DNA of 32,437 nt from a virus (taxonomy: Duplodnaviria; Caudoviricetes): positions 1-32,437 of IMG/VR virus record IMGVR_UViG_3300020045_019462; one strand, written 5' to 3'. The translations under genes were made by a program, and so were the position numbers. This document shows positions 26,003 through 32,437 of the stretch, one piece after another (within the stretch, counting starts at the first letter, position 1; each line of letters opens with the position of its first letter). The notes beneath the pieces were generated by a model. The model was given only the letters and a program-made list of their open reading frames with translations. It did no database searches and had not been told where the DNA came from.

Positions 26003-27721
26003 TTGTCTAAAGATAAAAATATTTCCAAAGCCTTTAAACTACTGCAAGCTTACGAATCGCATTTGATTTGGCTTGACCATGTGAATGACCCTGAGATTGA
26101 GGCTGAGCGCGAACTATATAACTCATCATTCAAAGAATTCGTAAAAGCTTTCTGGGATGACGCATCAACGGGAAATACCTTTATTGACGGGATGTCAGTT
26201 ACATGCATCACCGATCATATCGATGCAATGTTGGAGGGAGAATTGAACAATGTTTTGTTTTCTTTACCTTTACGGGAGGGTAAATCAACAATTTTGTCTG
26301 TATTGCTCCCGGCTTATGTTTGGACAAAAATACCACGCACAAGATTTTTGACCGCCACGTACAACCGAAGTCACGCCTACCGTGATAACACGTTTATGCA
26401 GAATTTAATCAAAGGCGAACACTATCAGAAACTTTACGGTAAAGATTTTCAGATTTTAACTGAGAACCAACAACGAACCTATAATTCTGAAAATGGACAG
26501 CGATTTGCTTTCTCATTCCAGTCTGGAGGCACTGGTGAGGGCGGAGATTGGGTCGTTTTTGATGATCCGAACGATCTGAACCAAGTTCAATATGAAAACC
26601 ACAGAAGAACCATCAACAATACTTTTGATCACGTTATATATAACCGTAGAAACAAGTTTAATGATTCGTTTCTAGTTGGTGCTATGCACCGGTCACACCC
26701 TGAAGATTTGTTTGGACATATTTTATCAAAACAAGATCCGTCGATTATTTATGTTCCAGTCCCCATGGAATTCGAAGTTAAAAGGAGAACTGTTTCTGTA
26801 AGCCCTATCTCCGGAAAAAAGATATGGGAAGACCCACGCGTAGAAGATGGACAACTTTTATCCCCAAATCGGTACACGCCTCAAGACATAAAGGATATCA
26901 AACTGCATACAGGAATGCAGATGTATAACTCGCTTTATCAGTGTCAGCCATCTATTGAATCAGGTAATATTCTTCTCAGAGATTGGTTTCAGATGTATAA
27001 GCATGAAATTCTCCCTGACTTTGAACTTATAGTCCAAAGCTGGGATACAGCCTTATCCGTCAATATACATTCGGCTTATTCAGCTTCAACTACTTATGGT
27101 GTTTTCCTAGATGATAAAGGTGACAAATGTCTAATGCTTTTGAACACATGGTATGGAAAACTTGAGTTCCCCGAGCTGCTAGAGACAATGCGACGTCAAT
27201 CTATAAATTTATACGATACCGATTTGGAGAATCCAATAAAGGGTAAGTTCCGCCCGGACTATATGCTCGTCGAAGCTAAAGCAAACGGGCTATCTTTGAT
27301 TCAATCTTTAAGGAAAGTCGGAGTGACAAACTGTTTGCCTTATAACCCACCAAAACGTGTATCCAATATCTACGGAAAAACAGAAGAAGGTAAGATAATG
27401 CGCGCGCGAATGGTTAGTCCGATAATTGAATCAGGAAGAGTTTACCTACCCGGAAGACCTGCTTCTTTTACGAGTTTCGAGCCGTACGCTGATCATTTTC
27501 TGACTGCATGTACCAATTTTCCAATGAATATCGAAGCTGCACGCGATATCGTTGACACCTTAACTATGACACTAGATTTCTTACAATCGAAGAATATTTT
27601 AATGTCCAATAGTCAAGTCTTGGCAGGTAAAAAAATGACCGATCATAGAATTCCGGGAGTAAATACAATGCGTAGAAGTTATAAGGAAAAAGATTCTTCG
27701 TTTGACCGTGACCGGTGGTAG
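26003..27721 (+). CDS. terL: Terminase large subunit
   Basis: Walker A LPLREGKST, GTGEGGD and Walker B VVFDDP, LYQCQP, nuclease QSWDTA, VEAKANG, FP...RDIVDT; TTG start. Confidence 0.93.
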   Translation: MSKDKNISKAFKLLQAYESHLIWLDHVNDPEIEAERELYNSSFKEFVKAFWDDASTGNTFIDGMSVTCITDHIDAMLEGELNNVLFSLPLREGKSTILSVLLPAYVWTKIPRTRFLTATYNRSHAYRDNTFMQNLIKGEHYQKLYGKDFQILTENQQRTYNSENGQRFAFSFQSGGTGEGGDWVVFDDPNDLNQVQYENHRRTINNTFDHVIYNRRNKFNDSFLVGAMHRSHPEDLFGHILSKQDPSIIYVPVPMEFEVKRRTVSVSPISGKKIWEDPRVEDGQLLSPNRYTPQDIKDIKLHTGMQMYNSLYQCQPSIESGNILLRDWFQMYKHEILPDFELIVQSWDTALSVNIHSAYSASTTYGVFLDDKGDKCLMLLNTWYGKLEFPELLETMRRQSINLYDTDLENPIKGKFRPDYMLVEAKANGLSLIQSLRKVGVTNCLPYNPPKRVSNIYGKTEEGKIMRARMVSPIIESGRVYLPGRPASFTSFEPYADHFLTACTNFPMNIEAARDIVDTLTMTLDFLQSKNILMSNSQVLAGKKMTDHRIPGVNTMRRSYKEKDSSFDRDRW

Positions 27722-27785
27722 TAACGTTTTATGCGTTTTCCTTTACTTATTATTTCTTAAGTAAAGTTTATGACTGTATATAATC

Positions 27786-27814
27786 TTGACATATTAATTT
27801 ACATACTGTAGAAA
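27786..27814 (+). promoter_or_regulatory. Possible sigma70 promoter
   Basis: Perfect TTGACA, 17 bp, imperfect -10 TAGAAA. Confidence 0.4.
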
Positions 27815-27834
27815 AAACACAAATAGGAGTTTTT

Positions 27835-28821
27835 ATGTCACGATTAATCAGTTTTACCGACGAGTTCAAATCTGAATATGGAATTGACGGATTCATGATC
27901 CGAGACAATATATATGGATATATTATGGAATTGGAATTATTTGCTCGACAGCTATTGGGAGGAAACAAAGCTTTAGCACTCCGACAAATCGAAATCCATC
28001 CTACGTATTGCAATGATTTCACTTTATCTAATTATGGACTTTCCATTGAAGAACGAAATCGATATCTTAAATATTTTTTAAAACTTCGTAGTCAGGACGA
28101 TGTTTTTTCCGCTATAGCACTCGAAAATGACGCCGATAAGTTAAAGCATTTCCTGGAATCAAATTATTGTGAAGAGATCTATATTGTTCAAGATCGAGAT
28201 ATATTTATAGATGAAGTGCTTTCATCTTTTCAGACTTTCAAGAAAGCGTCAGACCCTAAAGTTTTGATAAAGAGTTTCCCTGAACATCTTGAGTATACTT
28301 TACGAGATACCGGTAAAGTTATCAGTGATTTTTCTAATTATATTGATAGCGATTCGTTTAAAACAAAGTTTACTGATGAGGCTGATTATTGGGAATTAAT
28401 CGGTGAAATTAATAAATTAAACTTCTCTCTAGATGAAATGTTTTTTGTCGTAGAGACAATATCGGAGCGAGCTAATGAATTATCTGAAAAGAAAGACCCT
28501 TTTGTTAATTCAATTGAACAAGTTTCGTCACTTCCATTTATTATGTGTTCATATCTTCGCGCAGAATATCTAGTCGATTTTTTATGCAGCTTAGGAAGCA
28601 TAACCCCAACGGAAAAAATATCGAAGGAAGAATTAAAACAGAATTATAATGATAAGTTATATGAGATTTCTGAGCTTTACAGGAATAAAGATTTATTCAT
28701 CGAAAAAATGAACGATGCTGAAATTAAAATACCTTTAGAATTAATCACTGATACAAAAACATTTGATGGTAGAATCTCTGATTTTATTGAAAGTATAGCC
28801 GCTTTAGTTATGATGATTTAA
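27835..28821 (+). CDS. Hypothetical acidic all-helical protein (moron-like)
   Basis: 328 aa, TAGGAG RBS, own promoter candidate and terminator. Confidence 0.8.
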   Translation: MSRLISFTDEFKSEYGIDGFMIRDNIYGYIMELELFARQLLGGNKALALRQIEIHPTYCNDFTLSNYGLSIEERNRYLKYFLKLRSQDDVFSAIALENDADKLKHFLESNYCEEIYIVQDRDIFIDEVLSSFQTFKKASDPKVLIKSFPEHLEYTLRDTGKVISDFSNYIDSDSFKTKFTDEADYWELIGEINKLNFSLDEMFFVVETISERANELSEKKDPFVNSIEQVSSLPFIMCSYLRAEYLVDFLCSLGSITPTEKISKEELKQNYNDKLYEISELYRNKDLFIEKMNDAEIKIPLELITDTKTFDGRISDFIESIAALVMMI

Positions 28822-28837
28822 AAAAATAATCAATTGC

Positions 28838-28874
28838 TAAGGGGAGACTTCATATAATTCGGGTCTTCCCCTTA
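28838..28874 (+). terminator. Terminator-like hairpin
   Basis: TAAGGGGAGAC...GTCTTCCCCTTA with one bulged base. Confidence 0.6.
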
Positions 28875-29147
28875 TTAAAGGGATGGTATTTTTATTCAAG
28901 GTTCTGCACCTTACATTGTTTCTTCTGGAATCTCTACACTTAAATATAAAAATTTAATAAAAAATATCTTTTTTTTTAAACTTACTAAATTTACACCGAC
29001 GCAATATTACTTAATTTACTGGGATTTTATAGGTTATAGTATAGGAAGTACTTTTCTAATTTTTATATTTTTTTTATACATTTTATAAATGTAAATTTAT
29101 TAGTTTTTGCAAAATGTTTGCGTTACTATTTAGATGAAATGAAATGA

Positions 29148-29453
29148 ATGGGAATTAAAATGGAATCGACTGAATTATTACATTATAGGTTAAACGACAC
29201 ATTAAATTTTTTGTATGAGCAGGTTGAATTATTTATACAGGACAGGACAGAAACTAAATTAGATTTAATCAGCCTACAAATTGATAAGATTATTATTGAG
29301 ATGGAAACATCCGCACAGTTTTGTCCAATCCAAGGGGAAAATAAAAAGGATCGTATATTTTCTCTTCAATCTTTAGATGTCCGGGATTTGAAAGAAACTA
29401 TTAATTTTTGCACCAACGAACTATTAAATATTATAGAGATAATGGAGGAATAA
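29148..29453 (+). CDS. Hypothetical protein (start may be 29160)
   Basis: First of three tightly spaced ORFs. Confidence 0.6.
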   Translation: MGIKMESTELLHYRLNDTLNFLYEQVELFIQDRTETKLDLISLQIDKIIIEMETSAQFCPIQGENKKDRIFSLQSLDVRDLKETINFCTNELLNIIEIMEE

Positions 29454-29454
29454 T

Positions 29455-29646
29455 ATGTCTGCAAAAAAAGATGAAAAACATGATTTTAGACAGGATATGT
29501 TTTCTTTGATCGAAGAAACTGTAGAGCTTGCTGAAGAACATTCAGAAACTAAACAGTTAAATAGATTATTGAGTATGTCAGATATTCTTAAGGCAGAAAT
29601 TAAAAAACGTATCTATTTATTGGAACAAAATGGAGGAAATAAATGA
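29455..29646 (+). CDS. Hypothetical protein
   Basis: GGAGG RBS; starts 1 bp after the upstream stop. Confidence 0.7.
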   Translation: MSAKKDEKHDFRQDMFSLIEETVELAEEHSETKQLNRLLSMSDILKAEIKKRIYLLEQNGGNK

Positions 29647-29960
29647 AACAAATTTTAACAAGAGACTTTATCCGAACTGCTACTAGAAGTTTATCTAAGT
29701 ATTGTAATTTTGATACCACAGATTATAAAAATGATTATCGAGTTGAAGATAATATTATAGATCTTCAAAACCATATAAAAAATAAAGGCTTAAGCATCTA
29801 TAAGGTAGACTCAGAGAAAAAGACACAAATGATGAAATTACATCTCGCTTCACTGGAAATCATGCGCTCTCAATGGAGTAATGTTAAGCCTTTAACTAGT
29901 GAGGAAATTAACTCAAGGCTTGAAGAAAACATGCTCAATCTTTTGCGTAAAGTTATGTAA
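29643..29960 (+). CDS. Hypothetical protein
   Basis: GGAGG RBS; ATGA overlap; followed by a terminator. Confidence 0.72.
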   Translation: MKQILTRDFIRTATRSLSKYCNFDTTDYKNDYRVEDNIIDLQNHIKNKGLSIYKVDSEKKTQMMKLHLASLEIMRSQWSNVKPLTSEEINSRLEENMLNLLRKVM

Positions 29961-29966
29961 AATAAC

Positions 29967-30002
29967 AAAAAAGGTGCAATTTATTAAAATTACACCTTTT
30001 TT
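29967..30002. terminator. Bidirectional intrinsic terminator
   Basis: AAAAAAGGTGCAATTT...AAATTACACCTTTTTT. Confidence 0.75.
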
Positions 30003-30114
30003 AATTGAATTTTAACTTAACAAAATATAACTTATCTTAAATAACTATAGCGCATATGGGAATTATGTGCCCGCTATAACTACTATTTTGTAACAAATAT
30101 ATAAGTTTTGTTAA

Positions 30115-30191
30115 ATATAATCCCTTCGGTTAAAAAGGGATTGTAACTGAAACAAAATGAATTAGAACTGTGGAGAACTAATCATATTACA
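30115..30191 (-). ncRNA. Candidate counter-transcribed antisense RNA to the initiator leader
   Basis: Minus-strand TTGACT-N17-TATTCT at 30226-30198; 8-bp hairpin AATCCCTT/AAGGGATT at about 30119-30142; covers GGAG at 30172-30175. Confidence 0.5.
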
Positions 30192-31479
30192 AGTCAAAGA
30201 ATATAAGAATAGTGACATTAAGTCAACAAAAAATTACACATTCTTACCTACATCTATTATTGAGAACAGAACACTTGGGCTGAAAGAACGCGCCATTTTA
30301 CTCTTATGCCACATTCATCAAATACAAAGTTATGTCAGTATTGAATCTCTCGCAATGAGATGGAATGATTACGCGAATAATAAAATTCAACGACGAATGG
30401 TTTCACATTTAAAGTCTCTCGAGTCGAAGGGCTATCTACAAATTCAATATATAGATAAGAAACCTAAGTATGTTTTTATAAAACCCATTTTATCTTCATT
30501 CCGAAGAATGAAAGTACCAAAAGAACTAGTCCATAACAGGAGAATTAAGTTTAACCAATTAGTATTGGTTTGTTATTTGGCTACCCAAGCAAAGAAATTT
30601 ATCAATTATAATAATTATATTTCTGAACGCATCGGAATTGATCGCCATACCGTTTCAAAATATTGTAGTGAATTAGAGTACGAAGGATTTATAGAACGCC
30701 GTACTCATAAAATGAAGTTTTCTTGTCCAAACTTTGGAATTAAAGACGAGTTTGCACAAATAGTGGCGACTCGTTTAACGCGTGTGCATAATTCTGTTGA
30801 TGGTCATGTACGCAAAACGCCACTAACTTATATATATAGAATATATATAAACAGAAGATTACAAGGAGCTAAAAAAATTAAAGGAAAATTAAGAATGAAG
30901 TCTATAGATCAGTACATAGATTTAGAAAAATTAGTTAAAAGAGATCTCATCACGGGAATCCAACTTAATTTACATCAGTTAAACATCAAAGTTTCAGATG
31001 AAGATATTGAAAAGAAAATGACAGAGCTTTATTTAAGCTATCAAAAGAAGGGGGTTAAGAAATTCTTTGATAACGACTACAGGTTTATAAGTTTTATCAC
31101 ATCAATGTTTAGAGAGAGTTATGGACTCAAGCTTTCAGAATGTTTAGCCAACGTTGATCTGCTTGAATCTATTCAAAAGAAAGTTAAAACCTTAAAAGAT
31201 ATGATTTACGACATTAATTTTATTCGCTGGCTTGCGAAACAGATCTTTAAGGATGGTCGTTTATTTAAAAATGAGAATGAGTTTGAATTACTTATGTTAG
31301 TTGCTCTCAAAAACGAATTGCGCTCGGGAGCATCCACTGACGGATGGGATGTCGATTTTATTTATACAAAAGAGATTAAAGAACCAAAGGGATTGAAGCG
31401 AGCGAAGTTGCCAGATGGCAACAATTTGTTTGCAACAAAGTCTATTCAAGAAGTTTTACAGAAAGTTCTAGGAAAATAG
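30184..31479 (+). CDS. Replication initiator with two tandem winged-helix domains (probable non-AUG start; first ATG is 30355)
   Basis: Frame open from 30166; FLPTSIIENRTLGLKERAILL...SLESKGYL parallels KVPKELVHNRRIKFNQLVL...DRHTVSKYCSELEYEGFI; upstream of ssb. Confidence 0.65.
   Translation: MLQVKEYKNSDIKSTKNYTFLPTSIIENRTLGLKERAILLLCHIHQIQSYVSIESLAMRWNDYANNKIQRRMVSHLKSLESKGYLQIQYIDKKPKYVFIKPILSSFRRMKVPKELVHNRRIKFNQLVLVCYLATQAKKFINYNNYISERIGIDRHTVSKYCSELEYEGFIERRTHKMKFSCPNFGIKDEFAQIVATRLTRVHNSVDGHVRKTPLTYIYRIYINRRLQGAKKIKGKLRMKSIDQYIDLEKLVKRDLITGIQLNLHQLNIKVSDEDIEKKMTELYLSYQKKGVKKFFDNDYRFISFITSMFRESYGLKLSECLANVDLLESIQKKVKTLKDMIYDINFIRWLAKQIFKDGRLFKNENEFELLMLVALKNELRSGASTDGWDVDFIYTKEIKEPKGLKRAKLPDGNNLFATKSIQEVLQKVLGK
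30761..30850. other. Candidate replication origin inside the initiator gene
   Basis: DnaA-box match TGTGCATAA (30783-30791), inverted TAGTGGCG/CGCCACTA, and TTATATATAT-aga-ATATATATAA (30828-30850). Confidence 0.45.
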
Positions 31480-31515
31480 GGTATAACTAAAGATATAGGT
31501 AACTTTGGTGTCAAA

Positions 31516-31857
31516 ATGCAAATAGTTAACAACGTTATAATCTCTGGAGAGATAAAAGGTATAGTTTTTGAGTCGTACAACACGAGAAATCAGAAGTCAT
31601 ATAACTTTAATTTAAAGATAACAGATGGCGCGATAATACCCGTAACGATATATAATACTGAAATAGTAAATGAGGTCGATGGTGGCGCCTTAAAACTAAC
31701 CGAAGGAATTACACTAGGCGTCGTTGGTCAATTGTTCATAATGCCAACGGTGGAGAAAGATTTTTTGTTTAAGGGTAAGGTCATTGTAACGAATAAACAA
31801 AATCACCGTATTAAAATAATAGAAGAAAATCAGGAACTGGAGCTGCGTCAAGCATAG
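31516..31857 (+). CDS. ssb: SSB/PriB-like OB-fold protein lacking the acidic DDIPF tail
   Basis: NNVIISGEI...FNLKI...IPVTIY...LTEGITLGVVGQL. Confidence 0.7.
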   Translation: MQIVNNVIISGEIKGIVFESYNTRNQKSYNFNLKITDGAIIPVTIYNTEIVNEVDGGALKLTEGITLGVVGQLFIMPTVEKDFLFKGKVIVTNKQNHRIKIIEENQELELRQA

Positions 31858-31861
31858 TCAG

Positions 31862-31933
31862 AAAACCCCCCCCATACTTAAAAAGACAAAGGGGGGAGGA
31901 GGGAGTAAATGAAATATATAAGACCATATTATC
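31862..31933 (-). ncRNA. Candidate small RNA 1 (~70 nt)
   Basis: TTGTTC-N17-TAATAT (31968-31940); C-run/G-run hairpin plus TTTT at the 3' end. Confidence 0.55.
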
Positions 31934-31971
31934 AAAATAATATTAACTCTTCTTAACTTCTGGAACAAGTG

Positions 31972-32034
31972 AAAATAAAACCCCTGTGTTTTACCAGCAG
32001 GGGCAAAGGTAGTGTGAGTGATCTTTCAATTAGC
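31972..32034 (-). ncRNA. Candidate small RNA 2 (~60 nt)
   Basis: TTGAAA-N17-TATCAT (32069-32041); CCCCTG/CAGGGG hairpin plus TTTTATTTT. Confidence 0.55.
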
Positions 32035-32078
32035 AATTAGATGATAACTAATTAAATATAGACTTTCAAGGTTAAATG

Positions 32079-32160
32079 AAAAACCCCACTTCTATTAAAA
32101 GTGGGGGTATGAGAACAATAAAAAACAAACAAGAAAAATACTAATAAACTTCTTATTCAT
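32079..32160 (-). ncRNA. Candidate small RNA 3 (~80 nt)
   Basis: Extended -10 TGgTATATT (32175-32167) with TTCCAT 17 bp upstream; CCCCACTT/AAGTGGGG hairpin plus TTTTT. Confidence 0.5.
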
Positions 32161-32254
32161 TATTTAAATATACCAGTTCTTTACTATAAATGGAATTTGT
32201 AATAATAACCCCTTTTTTTTACAAGCAGTGGAAATCACAGGAAGCAAAGAATGC

Positions 32255-32360
32255 TTCAATTATATTGAACTATAAATGTAGTGAGGTTGATTATGTTTAT
32301 AGGAGATACATTATATAAATAATTTGTATTTAGTGTAATCCTGTGCTACACATAATGTAT
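32255..32360. promoter_or_regulatory. Possible res site upstream of the resolvase
   Basis: TTCAAT/ATTGAA inverted repeat, TGTA...TACA-bounded segments of 34 bp (32277-32310) and 26 bp (32325-32350), ATACATTAT/ATAATGTAT inverted repeat. Confidence 0.4.
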
Positions 32361-32379
32361 TCTAATTAAAAGGTATTAC

Positions 32380-32437
32380 ATGAAAATCGGCTACGCAAGG
32401 GTAAGTTCTCTGACTCAAGATTTGGATATTCAAGTCG
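32380..32437 (+). CDS. Small serine recombinase (resolvase/invertase family), 5' fragment at the window edge
   Basis: Not in the ORF track; AAAAGGT RBS then MKIGYARVSSLTQDLDIQV, containing the catalytic YARVS motif. Confidence 0.9.
   Translation, partial: MKIGYARVSSLTQDLDIQV

Larger units (their letters stand above)
1..32437. mobile_element. Podovirus-like phage element (prophage or phage-plasmid), incomplete at both window edges
   Basis: Terminase, portal, capsid, adaptors, tail and ejection-type genes, ERF, VRR-NUC, initiator, SSB and resolvase; no host housekeeping genes recognised. Confidence 0.93.

Noticed and set aside
25765-26028. 87-aa hydrophobic ORF as a possible holin
   Set aside because: Hydrophobicity comes from AT-rich divergent intergenic sequence; overlaps the terL start; no RBS.
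27530-27560. TerL nuclease motif ARDIVD instead of HDDxVD as a sign of inactivation
   Set aside because: The second and last Asp and the upstream WDTA and VE acidic residues are retained.
28883-28957. 24-aa hydrophobic ORF MVFLFKVLHLTLFLLESLHLNIKI
   Set aside because: The purine run abuts the ATG with no spacer; likely chance in T-rich DNA.
31860-32195. Hairpin series as a CRISPR mini-array or iterons
   Set aside because: The units share architecture but not a repeated sequence.
32205-32265. Possible fourth small-RNA unit
   Set aside because: TATAAT is present on the minus strand but there is no -35 or extended -10, and the CCCC run has no matching G arm.
1-32437. tRNA/rRNA genes, integrase, endolysin, tape measure protein, reverse transcriptase
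   Set aside because: No supporting motifs seen; they may lie outside the window.

Overview
The whole window is an AT-rich, podovirus-type (short-tailed, P22-like portal and tail) phage element. Recognisable genes are terminase large subunit, portal, scaffold, GroES-like co-chaperonin, HK97/Mu-gpT-like major capsid, two head-tail adaptors, a gp10-like tail protein, four large internal (ejection) proteins, an ERF annealing protein and a VRR-NUC nuclease. The right end holds a plasmid-like module: a tandem winged-helix initiator with an internal DnaA box and AT-only palindrome, an SSB/PriB-like protein and the 5' end of a small serine resolvase. No integrase or lysin is visible, so a phage-plasmid or domesticated prophage is plausible, but this is inference. 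The most notable observations are: (1) a packed array of three minus-strand promoter-to-terminator small-RNA units, one showing an anti-SD/anti-AUG segment matching a gene in the window; (2) a counter-transcribed RNA over the initiator RBS, with the initiator apparently needing a non-AUG start; (3) three diverged, translationally coupled paralogues behind the capsid gene; (4) morphogenesis genes split across both strands; (5) a direct-repeat-flanked insert with a 47-aa membrane peptide; (6) an apparent rearrangement junction near position 100. All protein assignments come from motif recognition by eye; no searches were run and the host cannot be identified.
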